Positions 10,548 through 23,014 of a stretch of 39,860 nucleotides of DNA are shown one piece after another. Numbering within the stretch: position 1 is the first letter of the stretch; each line of letters starts with the position of its first letter. Source of the stretch: Octopus bimaculoides (Eukaryota); the NCBI RefSeq assembly GCF_001194135.2, contig NC_068991.1, forward strand, positions 10,948,254-10,988,113, given 5' to 3'. Position numbers and translations under genes: made by a program. The notes beneath the pieces are model-generated. The model saw nothing but the letters and a program-made list of their open reading frames with translations. It had not been told where the DNA came from and did not search any database.

Positions 10548-11765
10548 ACATTCAATGTATATCTCTTATAATATGCAGTGATACAGTGAACCACTTCTAA
10601 AACTGAGATACAGTATAACATCTGTCTGTCTGTCTGTCACACTCTCTCTCACACACACACATTTCTGTGATATATAAGATGTGACATAATATATGTGAAT
10701 GTGTGTGTGTCTGTCTGTCTGTCTCTTTCCCTCTCTCTCTATCTCTCTATCTATCTCTATAATATACATATATACATCTATGTGTATGTATATATCTGTA
10801 TTATTAAATATATGTATATATATGATAATAATAATTATAAATGATGATGCTATAAATATATAGAAATAAGTAATAATTATATATATATATTTTTATATAT
10901 ACACATATATATATTTATATATACACATATATCTACATATATTTACGTGTNNNNNNNNNNTATATATATGTGTATATATATATATATATCTGTATTATTA
11001 AATATATGTATATATATGATAATAATAATAATAAATGATAATGCTACAAATATATAGAAATAAATAATAATTATATATATATATACATATATATATGTGT
11101 ATATATATATATATATCTGTATTATTAAATATATGTATATATATGATAATAATAATTATAAATGATGATGCTATAAATATATAGAAATAAGTAATAATTA
11201 TATATATATATTTTTATATATACACATATATATATTTATATATACACATATATCTACATATATTTACGTGTGTGCTCCAACATGGCCACACATAAAGCAA
11301 TTCATACATACATACATATATATATATGTGTGTGTGTGGTGGGGGGTTGTATATACCTTGTAAGCAATAAATCATTAAATGAATTTCAAGCTGAGCGTTT
11401 GCTGTACGAAACTAACCACACAATTTTATTGTATCCCCTCACCCCCCTCACTTAACAACCCAAAACGCATTTCGCCTTTGTTGTGTGCACTGCAACACCG
11501 AGCTGATTGTGTAACATCAACAGTGCATTGTAGTGCAACTGTACTATTGACGTAACAATAGAACAGTGGGAAATCCTATTTCAATGCTGGCATTCTGTGC
11601 AGTCGCATGCTGCGGCATGAAATGCAGACTGATGCAGTGGCAGGACGTGTGAGTTTCCTGGTGTTTGTTGTTTAACTCCAAGAGAAGCTTCATTGAGTAG
11701 AGTTATGATCAAAGGCACTCTAACCATGACCATCCAGTTTTTTTTTTTTCCTTTTCTGATATACT

Positions 11766-12215
11766 CTTTACACTTTTACTTGTTTCAGTCATTTGACTGC
11801 GGCCATGCTGGAGCACTGCCTTTAGTCGAGAAAATCGATCCCAGGACTTATTCTTTGTANNNNNNNNNNTGGAGCACTGCCTTTAGTCGAGAAAATCGAC
11901 CCCAGGACTTATTCTTTGTAAGCCTAGTACTTATTCTATCGGTCTCTTTTGCCGAACCGCTAAGTTACGGGGACGTAAACACACCACCATCGGTTGTGAA
12001 GCGATGTTGGGGGGACAAACACAGATACACAAACACACACAGAGACACATATGTATATATACATATATACGACAGGCTTCTTTCAGTTTCCGTCTCCCAA
12101 ATCCACTCACAAGGCTTTGGTCGGCCTGAGGCTATAGTAGAAGACACTTGCCCAAGGTGTCATGCAGTGGGACTGAACCCTGAACTGTGTGGTTGGTAAA
12201 CGAGCTACTTACCAC
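11766..12215 (-). mobile_element. Near full-length tRNA-derived SINE with CORE-like domain, internal microsatellite and distinct 3' body
   Basis: Minus strand: GGTAAGTAGCTCGTTTACCAACC...GGTTCAGTCCCACTGC, GGCACCTTGGGCAAGTGTC (like the MIR/CORE GACCTTGGGCAAGT), TA/CA repeat, then a body matching 18362-18555. Confidence 0.8.
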
Positions 12216-12914
12216 ACCACTACCACAACCACCACTCACATCATAGTATATATTCTTAGATTAAGATCATGTGATTCTATCATTATCATTTTTGCTTCAT
12301 TTTGAACCCCTATAAGCAGACGTGTAATCAAAGGGCTTCAAGCCATGATTATCCCATCATATTTTCAGCTATAGTATATCTGGGACTGCATTAATCAACA
12401 TGATCCCATTTTTTTTTCTTACCTTTCTCAAGACTGAACAATAGAATTAAACTGGAGAAAGATTTCATTGCTATTTCTAGCAAGAAAAGCAACAACACAA
12501 ACGCCATCATTGTCTAAACAGTATAGATTAATACAACCGGTCAATTGTATATGTGTGTGTGTGCGCGTACTGCACCAATATTCAATCTGGTGCGATGCAG
12601 TAGTTCCGTGATCCACATACGGAAGAATATAATGAGGAATTCTCTTATGATGCAACAATAAAAATATATTGCATTGCAGCTGTATACTTTCTCCTCTGCA
12701 GTGGTATTTTTTCATATGGTGCAGCGGTATTTTTGTATCAATATACTCTACGAAGCGGTAGTATTTTCTCTAGTGCAGCAGTATTCTCTGGAATATAAAC
12801 AGCAGTATGTTTGCTGCTGTACAGCTCTCAACAGACTTGAGCTCCGATGCATTTCTGTCACTGTAACTATAACTAATATCTTTGGGAAAGAAATCAAAGC
12901 TACAATTCATTCCT

Positions 12915-13075
12915 TATGCCTATCCAAGACATGGTACAGATGGGTTAGTGTAAATTTGTTCAACCTCTGGTTTTCTGAGTTCAAATCAATGGCCGAAGTA
13001 ACTTTAGTTTTTCAATTCCTCTGGCATTTATTTGTTTAAATACCAGTAATATACTGGGTCTAATGTTATTCTGCC
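12915..13075 (+). mobile_element. Old degenerate SINE copy
   Basis: TTCTGAGTTCAAATC B-box, AATACCAGT...ACTGGGTC remnants of the central block. Confidence 0.45.
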
Positions 13076-13515
13076 AATATCATGAGTCTGTTTCTGTATG
13101 TGTGTGTTTGTATCTGTATATAAATACACACATACACACACACACACACATATATGCTCGCCCACATATACTTCCATATGTACACACACACACACACAGA
13201 GTGTCTCTATATGGTCACTTGGGCTGCTAGAAATAGAAGCACTAAATTCCCTCAAAGCTATCCCAGGATGTACAATGAGGTGGGAAGGTCGAAGCTGGAA
13301 AACTTTTGATTCTGGCTTTGTCTCTTCAGGGCTGGCCTGGGGTTAAACAATAACATCAGTACTACAAATACCAAATCACCACCACCACCACCACAACCAC
13401 TACCACTACCACAACCACCACTCACATCATCATCATCATCATCAGCATCAGCATCATCATCCAATATCCCATCTATTGTTGGGCCTGGACAGAAACACTG
13501 TTTGTATAACAGTAT

Positions 13516-13557
<42 letters not shown>

Positions 13558-14117
13558 GTAATGGTGGTGGAGGAGGTGGTGGTGGTGGTGGTGGTGATGA
13601 TGATGACGAAAATATCTTGCCCTTCCCGTCCCCACTGTCACAGTCGTTCACCACATAGAATATGAGGCAAGTAAACAATGTCTGGCTTTTGGAAGACAGA
13701 ATGGTGATGGCTGGGCGAGTGTCAGCCAGTGTGCGTGTGTGTGTGTGNNNNNNNNNNNNNNNNNNNNNNNNNNNNNNNNNNNNNNNNNNNNNNNNNNNNN
13801 NNNNNNNNNNNNNNNNNNNNNNNNNNNNNNNNNNNNNNNNNNNNNNNNNNNNNNNNNNNNNNNNNNNNNNNNNNNNNNNNNNNNNNNNNNNNNNNNNNNN
13901 NNNNNNNNNNNNNNNNNNNNNNNNNNNNNNNNNNNNNNNNNNNNNNNNNNNNNNNNNNNNNNNNNNNNNNNNNNNNNNNNNNNNNNNNNNNNNNNNNNNN
14001 NNNNNNNNNNNNNNNNNNNNNNNNNNNNNNNNNNNNNNNNNNNNNNNNNNNNNNNNNNNNNNNNNNNNNNNNNNNNNNNNNNNNNNNNNNNNNNNNNNNN
14101 NNNNNNNNNNNNNNNNN

Positions 14118-14193
14118 ATATATATATATATATATACATATATAGATAGATAGATAGACAGATATATATAAAAAATATATATATATAGATAGG

Positions 14194-14234
<41 letters not shown>

Positions 14235-14337
14235 GTGCTACTGAAGGAATGGTGAGACAAACAGGCAAAGAAATAGGTAGACAGACATGTAATGAAAAAA
14301 GAGCAGACGGAGAGAAAGGCAGTAAGAATTTGAGAGG

Positions 14338-14418
<81 letters not shown>
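14118..14418. repeat. (TA)n, (GATA)n and (GA)n microsatellites
   Basis: Direct inspection. Confidence 0.95.
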
Positions 14419-15254
14419 NNNNNNNNNNNNNNNNNNNNNNNNNNNNNNNNNNNNNNNNNNNNNNNNNNNNNNNNNNNNNNNNNNNNNNNNNNNNNNNNNN
14501 NNNNNNNNNNNNNNNNNNNNNNNNNNNNNNNNNNNNNNNNNNNNNNNNNNNNNNNNNNNNNNNNNNNNNNNNNNNNNNNNNNNNNNNNNNNNNNNNNNNN
14601 NNNNNNNNNNNNNNNNNNNNNNNNNNNNNNNNNNNNNNNNNNNNNNNNNNNNNNNNNNNNNNNNNNNNNNNNNNNNNNNNNNNNNNNNNNNNNNNNNNNN
14701 NNNNNNNNNNNNNNNNNNNNNNNNNNNNNNNNNNNNNNNNNNNNNNNNNNNNNNNNNNNNNNNNNNNNNNNNNNNNNNNNNNNNNNNNNNNNNNNNNNNN
14801 NNNNNNNNNNNNNNNNNNNNNNNNNNNNNNNNNNNNNNNNNNNNNNNNNNNNNNNNNNNNNNNNNNNNNNNNNNNNNNNNNNNNNNNNNNNNNNNNNNNN
14901 NNNNNNNNNNNNNNNNNNNNNNNNNNNNNNNNNNNNNNNNNNNNNNNNNNNNNNNNNNNNNNNNNNNNNNNNNNNNNNNNNNNNNNNNNNNNNNNNNNNN
15001 NNNNNNNNNNNNNNNNNNNNNNNNNNNNNNNNNNNNNNNNNNNNNNNNNNNNNNNNNNNNNNNNNNNNNNNNNNNNNNNNNNNNNNNNNNNNNNNNNNNN
15101 NNNNNNNNNNNNNNNNTTATATATATATTTATGCATGTATACACACATATACCAGCATGAAAAAATGGACATTAAATGGAGCTGATGATGACGACAACAG
15201 TGATGAGGATGATGATGATGATGTGTATTTGGGCTTGTCCACCACACTCATCGC

Positions 15255-15445
15255 TTGACAGCCAGTGTCGGTTTGTTTACATCCCTGTAAATGTAGTGGT
15301 TCAACAAAAGCGACTGATAGAATAAGGTACCAAACTTAAAAAAAAAAAAATGAAGAAATAAGCAAAGCTAAAATCTTAGACTTGATTTGTTTGACTAAAA
15401 CACCTCAAGGTGGTGCCCCAGCATGGCCACAATAGTCCAGTGACA
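15255..15445. mobile_element. SINE body fragments (15255-15340 plus; 15395-15445 minus)
   Basis: CGCTTGACAGCCAGTGTCGGTTTGTTTACATCCC...GATAGAATAAGGTACC and GGTGCCCCAGCATGGCCACA match 18362-18530. Confidence 0.6.
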
Positions 15446-16778
15446 CATGCGTGCCTTTGTGCGCATATATCTGCATGCACACATTTGTATGTGTTTGTGT
15501 GTGTGCATGTGTATGTGTTAATACATATGTTATGTATGTGTGCAGACAAGCTATACTAAAGTAGTTGTAAAAAATTCCACAGACATTAAATACAGAAAAA
15601 TAAACCAAAAAAACAAAATTTCCCAGACATGTCTTTCGTCAGTCTGTGACTCTTAAATGGGGATGGTATGTCACCTTAGAATGGAAAGATTTCGGGAATT
15701 TGGGTGAGCAGACAAGACAACCTCTATTTGTGGATGTATGTCGGTGTACGGATATGTTTTGGTATCTTTGTGGGTTGATATGTATGTCGTGTGTGTGTGT
15801 GTGAATCTGTCTGTCTGTCACTGTTTTCTGTTAGTGTGTGCATGCGTTTCTGTGTATGTGTGTGTGTGTGTGTGTGAGAGAGAGTGTATGTGTGAGAGAG
15901 TGTATGTGTGAGAGAGAGGGTGGAGTATGTGTCTATTTGTATACTTCTTTTATGCATCCGTATGTGTGTCTGCGGTGATGATGATGAAAAAGTGACAGAT
16001 AATTAAAATGAGAGAGAGAGAGAGAGAGAGGGAGGGAGGGAGGAGAGAGAAAGAGAGGAAGAGTGCGAGATGTTTAGGATAGTGAAGAGAAACAGTGAGA
16101 GACTTTGATAGTTAGTGAGATACAGTGAAGCAAAGACAAACAGACAGATAGACAGACAGACAGATAGACAGACAGACAGATAGATAGTTAGATAGATAGA
16201 GAGGGATAGTGAGATCATTAGGGCAACTGAGACAGATATATATCATATANNNNNNNNNNNNNNNNNNNNNNNNNNNNNNNNNNNNNNNNNNNNNNNNNNN
16301 NNNNNNNNNNNNNNNNNNNNNNNNNNNNNNNNNNNNNNNNNNNNNNNNNNNNNNNNNNNNNNNNNNNNNNNNNNNNNNNNNNNNNNNNNNNNNNNNNNNN
16401 NNNNNNNNNNNNNNNNNNNNNNNNNNNNNNNNNNNNNNNNNNNNNNNNNNNNNNNNNNNNNNNNNNNNNNNNNNNNNNNNNNNNNNNNNNNNNNNNNNNN
16501 NNNNNNNNNNNNNNNNNNNNNNNNNNNNNNNNNNNNNNNNNNNNNNNNNNNNNNNNNNNNNNNNNNNNNNNNNNNNNNNNNNNNNNNNNNNNNNNNNNNN
16601 NNNNNNNNNNNNNNNNNNNNNNNNNNNNNNNNNNNNNNNNNNNNNNNNNNNNNNNNNNNNNNNNNNNNNNNNNNNNNNNNNNNNNNNNNNNNNNNNNNNN
16701 NNNNNNNNNNNNNNNNNNNNNNNNNNNNNNNNNNNNNNNNNNNNNNNNNNNNNNNNNNNNNNNNNNNNNNNNNNNNNN

Positions 16779-16822
<44 letters not shown>

Positions 16823-17395
16823 TTCATAGATAGTTAGATGGATAAATTGATAGATAAATTGATATATATGGATGGATGGATAGATAGACATAGACAGAGA
16901 GAGATAGAGGGAGAGAAAGAGAGAGAGAGAGAAAATAGGAAAGTTGATTGGTTGGGATAGAGTTATAAGGAATATTTCCAGACATAAACAACAATAATTG
17001 GTATTTTGCCATTATGCAGGAATTTGGTTTACCTCAGGAATTTTTCATCACAGACACACGTACACAAAGACACACACACACACACACACACAGAGGCAAA
17101 GACGCACACACAGACACACATAAATTCAACTCACAGAAACTCACACACACACATATACAAACGGGCAAAGACGCACACACAGACACGTGTACACACAGAC
17201 GTAGACAGACAGACACTCACAGACGTAGACAGACAGACAGACGCATAGTTCTCTTCATCAAATATGAGTCAGCACAAAAGTTTTCCCTTCTTGTTTTTCT
17301 GTTCGATTTTCCTTCCGATTGTTGTTGTGATTGCCGTTATAGTGCTTGCTCTTGTTGTCGTCGTCGGACATTCTATTAACGCACACATGTCCAGC

Positions 17396-17429
<34 letters not shown>

Positions 17430-17717
17430 TTCATACATACATTATTCCTGATACTCTTTTACTGGTTTCAGTCACTAAATTCCAGCCATGCTGGAGCACT
17501 GCTGTGTGGAGTGTTATAACTGATCATATCAGTTACAACCTTAGTGGGTTATTTAAGCTTGCTCTTTACTTTATTGATCTCTATTTATCAAACTGTTAAG
17601 TTATATTTTGATATAAAGGAATGCGTCTCAATGCATCAGTTTACATAGGTCATCGTCATTGTCGTTGTCATCATCATCATCTGCATCATCATCACTATTG
17701 TTGTTATTGTCATCATA

Positions 17718-17880
17718 GGCGCAGGAATGGCTGTGTGGTAAGTAGCTTGCTTACCAACCACATGGTTCCAGGTTCAGTCCCACTGCGTGGCACCTTGGGC
17801 AAGTGTCTTCTACCATAGCCTCGGGCCGACCAAAGCCTTGTGAGTGGATTTGGGAGACGGAAACTGAAAGAAGCCTGTCG
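17718..17880 (+). mobile_element. SINE head plus CORE-like domain, plus strand
   Basis: Nearly identical reverse complement of 12060-12210 (GTGGTAAGTAGCTTGCTTACCAACC...GGTTCAGTCCCACTGCGTGGCACCTTGGGCAAGTGTCTTCTAC...GAAAGAAGCCTGTC). Confidence 0.85.
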
Positions 17881-17882
17881 TA

Positions 17883-17924
<42 letters not shown>

Positions 17925-18361
17925 TGACAGGCTTCTTTCAGTCTGCATATCTTCACTGTCGTTTTTTTCTGCTATTTTGGTGATGATTTTTTAAGTTAGC
18001 TTACCAATTATTGTTGGTAGTTAATTTATAATATATTGTTATTGAATATATATATANNNNNNNNNNNNNNNNNNNNNNNNNNNNNNNNNNNNNNNNNNNN
18101 NNNNNNNNNNNNNNNNNNNNNNNNNNNNNNNNNNNNNNNNNNNNNNNNNNNNNNNNNNNNNNNNNNNNNNNNNNNNNNNNNNNNNNNNNNNNNNNNNNNN
18201 NNNNNNNNNNNNNNNNNNNNNNNNNNNNNNNNNNNNNNNNNNNNNNNNNNNNNNNNNNNNNNNNNNNNNNNNNNNNNNNNNNNNNNNNNNNNNNNNNNNN
18301 NNNNNNNNNNNNNNNNNNNNNNNNNNNNNNNNNNNNNNNNNNNNNNNNNNNNNNNNNNNNN

Positions 18362-18555
18362 GTCCCCCCAACCTCGCTTGACAACTGATACTGGTGTGTT
18401 TACATCCCCTTAACTTAGTGGTTCGGCAAAAGAGACCGATAGAATGAGTACTAGGCTTACACAGAATAAGCTCTGGGGTCAATTTGCTCGACTAAAGGCG
18501 GTGCTCCAGCATGGCCACAGTCAAATGACTGAAACGAGTAAAAGAATAAAAGAAT
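18362..18555 (+). mobile_element. SINE 3' body
   Basis: Matches the reverse complement of 11770-12015 (GTTTACATCCCCTTAACTTAGTGGTTCGGCAAAAGAGACCGATAGAAT...GGTGCTCCAGCATGGCCACAGTCAAATGACTGAAAC). Confidence 0.8.
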
Positions 18556-18652
18556 GTTTTGCTCAAGAATACAACTCACCATGCAGTTCAGGTATTGAAC
18601 CTCTGATCTTGCAATTATGAGTGCAACACTGTAACCACTTGGTCACACACCT
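18555..18652 (-). mobile_element. Degenerate tRNA-derived SINE head
   Basis: Minus strand AAGTGGTTACAGTGTTG...GGTTCAATACC resembles A and B boxes. Confidence 0.45.
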
Positions 18653-18654
18653 TC

Positions 18655-19148
18655 ATCATCATTCAATATCGGTTGTCCATGCTGGTATGAGTTGGACAAT
18701 GTGACCAGAGCTGGAAAGCTGGGTGGGGCTGCACCAGGTTCCAGTCTGCTTTGGCATGGTTTCTACAGCTGGATGCCCTTCCTAATGCCAACCCCTTTAC
18801 AGAGTGTCCTGAGTGCTTATACAGGGCACCACACAAGCATTTTTATGTGGCACCTCACAAGTGCTTTTACATAGCACTACATGTCACCATATGGGCGCTT
18901 TTGCATGGCTCTGTATGGGCACTTATATGGGGCACCACACAGGTGCCTTTACATGTCGCTTGGTTACCTCACTGGTGTTGGTGCCCTGAGAAAAGCATCC
19001 AGCACACACTGTAAATTGGTTGATGTTTGGAAGGGCTTCTTATCAAAGAAGCTATGCCACAACTATCATTGGAGTTTCATTCAGCCCTGCAAATTGCTGA
19101 CCCTTGTCAAACCATCCAACCCACAACATGGGCATTAAATGACAATAA
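18655..19148. mobile_element. Head-to-head pair of RTE-tail retroposons (minus 18655-18960; plus 18975-19148) with about 21-nt internal repeats
   Basis: CCATGCTGGTATGAGTTGGAC...GGATGCCCTTCCTAATGCCAACC on the left; TTGGAAGGGC...GTCAAACCATCCAACCC...GGCATTAAATGAC on the right; repeated GTGCTTTTA-C/T-ATGGCACC-like units at 18810-18960. Confidence 0.65.
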
Positions 19149-20150
19149 TGAGGATTATGTATATATATATATATATNNNNNNNNNNNNNNNNNNNNNNNN
19201 NNNNNNNNNNNNNNNNNNNNNNNNNNNNNNNNNNNNNNNNNNNNNNNNNNNNNNNNNNNNNNNNNNNNNNNNNNNNNNNNNNNNNNNNNNNNNNNNNNNN
19301 NNNNNNNNNNNNNNNNNNNNNNNNNNNNNNNNNNNNNNNNNNNNNNNNNNNNNNNNNNNNNNNNNNNNNNNNNNNNNNNNNNNNNNNNNNNNNNNNNNNN
19401 NNNNNNNNNNNNNNNNNNNNNNNNNNNNNNNNNNNNNNNNNNNNNNNNNNNNNNNNNNNNNNNNNNNNNNNNNNNNNNNNNNNNNNNNNNNNNNNNNNNN
19501 NNNNNNNNNNNNNNNNNNNNNNNNNNNNNNNNNNNNNNNNNNNNNNNNNNNNNNNNNNNNNNNNNNNNNNNNNNNNNNNNNNNNNNNNNNNNNNNNNNNN
19601 NNNNNNNNNNNNNNNNNNNNNNNNNNNNNNNNNNNNNNNNNNNNNNNNNNNNNNNNNNNNNNNNNNNNNNNNNNNNNNNNNNNNNNNNNNNNNNNNNNNN
19701 NNNNNNNNNNNNNNNNNNNNNNNNNNNNNNNNNNNNNNNNNNNNNNNNNNNNNNNNNNNNNNNNNNNNNNNNNNNNNNNNNNNNNNNNNNNNNNNNNNNN
19801 NNNNNNNNNNNNNNNNNNNNNNNNNNNNNNNNNNNNNNNNNNNNNNNNNNNNNNNNNNNNNNNNNNNNNNNNNNNNNNNNNNNNNNNNNNNNNNNNNNNN
19901 NNNNNNNNNNNNNNNNNNNNNNNNNNNNNNNNNNNNNNNNNNNNNNNNNNNNNNNNNNNNNNNNNNNNNNNNNNNNNNNNNNNNNNNNNNNNNNNNNNNN
20001 NNNNNNNNNNNNNNNNNNNNNNNNNNNNNNNNNNNNNNNNNNNNNNNNNNNNNNNNNNNNNNNNNNNNNNNNNNNNNNNNNNNNNNNNNNNNNNNNNNNN
20101 NNNNNNNNNNNNNNNNNNNNNNNNNNNNNNNNNNNNNNNNNNNNNNNNNC

Positions 20151-20240
20151 CAAGACTTATTGAGGATCTTGTTTCACCAGCAGACTTCCAGTGAAGATGA
20201 GGAACCGAGAGATGAACCGCCTCCCTCGACACCACCTTAA
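20151..20240 (+). CDS. Candidate terminal coding exon (5' end hidden in gap): QDLLRILFHQQTSSEDEEPRDEPPPSTPP*
   Basis: GC-richer, non-repetitive open frame starting right at the gap edge and ending at TAA 20238-20240, followed by UTR-like AT-rich sequence. No acceptor is visible because of the N gap. Absent from the ORF track because there is no start codon. Confidence 0.33.
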   Translation, partial: QDLLRILFHQQTSSEDEEPRDEPPPSTPP

Positions 20241-21450
20241 AGAATGTTGGACTGTTTTTGATGCAACAAGACTTTCCTTTTCTTTGAGATAGCAAGAAGG
20301 GAAAAGAAAAGAAAAGAAAAAAAAAAAAAAGAAAAGGAAGATTCAGAAAGACAGGAAGAAAGGAAAGAAGGATGGAAGGAAGGAAAAATAGAAAGAAAGA
20401 AAGAATGATAAAGGAATGGAAAGGACTATGTAATAATGGCCACAGAATGTTTAAAAAATGGTTTAGGGTATTACCAATCTTTGGAATATTAATTGGTTTG
20501 AGTTGCTGTAAAGAATCACAGACAAGCACCTATAAATACATACACATTTACATGTGTATACATGCGCGCGCACACACACACACACGCTCATACACATACA
20601 TATATACATACATGTGTACAGACATACGTGAATACATACACACAGACATACGTGAATACATACACACATAAATACATACATGCATACTTACATATCTACG
20701 TATGCAGACACACAAACATATGAACTCTTTTTGCTCTCTTACTGGTTGCAGTGACTGGGTTGTGGCCAAGCTAGAGCACTTGCTTACAGGCAGAAAGTAC
20801 TCAGAGAGAGATGGATTTTTACGCCTGAAACAACATATGCGTCTATATATGCTGGTGTATATTTACGCGTGTGTATGGATTTGCCCTTCAACACTTGAAT
20901 ATATATATATTTTTTTTCAATCTATGTACATATGTATGCATGTGTATATGTATGATGCATAGATTAGTCTGTGTATATATATGCCTGAGTATGTATGTAT
21001 ATTTGCATAAACACACATGCATGTATGTTTATGCAAATGATGGGGTGCGTACATCGTCACACACCCTTGAGTATGTGTGTGTGTGTGTAAGAGGCGATAG
21101 TAAAATCTTGTGGGTCGTATTGAGGAGGGGTAAAAGATAATGCATTCCCCCCTCCTTTTTTTTTTTCTATAAACTAAATATTGTGTACTCCTCTTCTCCA
21201 CCCCCTCAATTGGGGTGGGGGGGTCACTTGCGACAACAACAACAACAACAACAACCACAACAGCAGCCACTCACTGACTGATTGGAAAATTAGCTACGAA
21301 ATACGAGTGGGGGTCAGAGTGTATGTTTTGTAAGCATGTGTGCGTATGTTTGAGTGTATGTTTGAGTGAGAGTGAAAGCATGATAAAGACTCACTCAGAG
21401 AATGTGATATGAGTTAAAGAAAAATTTGAAACAAACATACATACATGCAT

Positions 21451-21485
<35 letters not shown>

Positions 21486-22234
21486 AGGATATACACATAT
21501 ATCTACACACATATGGACTCACATGCATATATATATGTATATATATACACACTCACTCATACATTCAATAACTTGACTCACTCGCTCACTCACGCAGTAA
21601 CTGACTGACGCACTCAGCTGAGCCACTTGACTATTTTGAGTGCAACTTTCGAGTGAGCAAATCCGTGACACTTCACTTCAGATGAGGAAAGGAAAGAAGC
21701 TATCATTTGCCACAAACATTTTTTCTTTTTTCCTGAGTGGTGCTTGGTGGAATTGTCTTTGGTTCTTTGTTTTGTTTGATCAAAGAATAAGATTTCCATG
21801 GAAAAAGCGAAAAAAAAAAAAAAAANNNNNNNNNNNNNNNNNNNNNNNNNNNNNNNNNNNNNNNNNNNNNNNNNNNNNGAAAAAAAAAAAAAAACGAAAG
21901 AAAAAAAAAACGGGATAAAAATTTTGAACTGAAATGAAAAAACAAATATAAAATGGAATTTTTGTTTGAATAAAACAGAAAATGACTGACCACTCAAAAT
22001 GAGTTTGTCATTGAAATTATACTATTACAGGCAGGCAAGTTTACTAATAACAAAAGGTATGTTAAAATAATAAATTAAAAAAAAAAAAAATGAAAAATGA
22101 CGTTTTTTTTTTTTGCAAAATATTTACAAACAAACAACAAAAAACTGACCATGATATAAAAATAATAATAATAATAATAAAAATTATGTCAACAGAAGAT
22201 TGTTGACTGTGACAACTGTACTGTACCAAGCAAC

Positions 22235-22815
22235 ATGAGGCTAGCAACTAACTAGCTACCACTAAGTGACAATGTAGCAAATCACCAAGCAACAGCCTAG
22301 CAACTATGAAGCAACAATCAAGCAACTGACCAAGCAACTAACTACAAATCATTACCAAACGACTAATTGCAAGTGATTAGCAAGCAAAAAGCTAGCAACT
22401 ATGAAGCAACACTCAAACAACTGAACAGTAACCACTTATAGCAACTAAAATGAATAAGCAACAAAGAAGATGTGAAAGAAGCTAGCAACAACCCTCTAGC
22501 AATTCAACAGCAATCATCTAGCAACTTAAAACAAGACAAGAAACAATCTAGTGACTACCAAGCAACAAATTAGCAACTACCAAGCAACTATGAAGCAACA
22601 ATATAGCAGCCATCTTATAGCTATCGGGCAACACACAAGAATGAAGCAACTTAGATTCTACCAACTGCAACAATCTATCAAATATCAAGCAACATTTAAG
22701 CAACTACTAAGCGAAATTTGTGCAACAATTAAGCAACATTTAAGCAACTACAAAGAAGCAACAAAGCAACAACTTAATTTATTAGCCAGCAACTACCAAG
22801 CAACAACCAAGCAAC
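22235..22815. repeat. Degenerate minisatellite, AGCAAC core about every 11 nt
   Basis: For example AAGCAACAGCCT-AGCAACTATGA-AGCAACAATCA-AGCAACTGACCA-AGCAACT. Confidence 0.8.
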
Positions 22816-22969
22816 TCTTTTTATTTATTAATTTATTTATTTTATTTTTATTTTCATTTAAAAAAAAATTTTTTTTTTTTACATAAGCCATTCTCTAACT
22901 GGAAAAGCAGAATTTAAATGAAGAAAAGAAAAAAAAGATAACTTAAAACTAAGTATTGATAATATTAAT

Positions 22970-23014
<45 letters not shown>

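Noticed and set aside
10785-11270. Apparent tandem duplication or triplication of a 120-160 nt AT-rich unit
   Set aside because: The copies flank a 10-N gap and two are essentially identical; probably overlapping contig ends or haplotypes.
11523-11534. 12-nt match to the 5' half of miR-33 (GTGCATTGTAGT)
   Set aside because: The 3' half diverges, no pre-miRNA-length hairpin forms, and miR-33 is normally in an SREBP intron.
11805-11920. Direct duplication inside the SINE
   Set aside because: Sits across a 10-N gap with a single difference (GATCCC/GACCCC); assembly or haplotype artefact.
13457-16891. ORFs of 200-600 aa
   Set aside because: Mostly X from gaps and dinucleotide repeats.
21205-21225. 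G-rich run as a G-quadruplex
   Set aside because: Fewer than four properly spaced G3 tracts.
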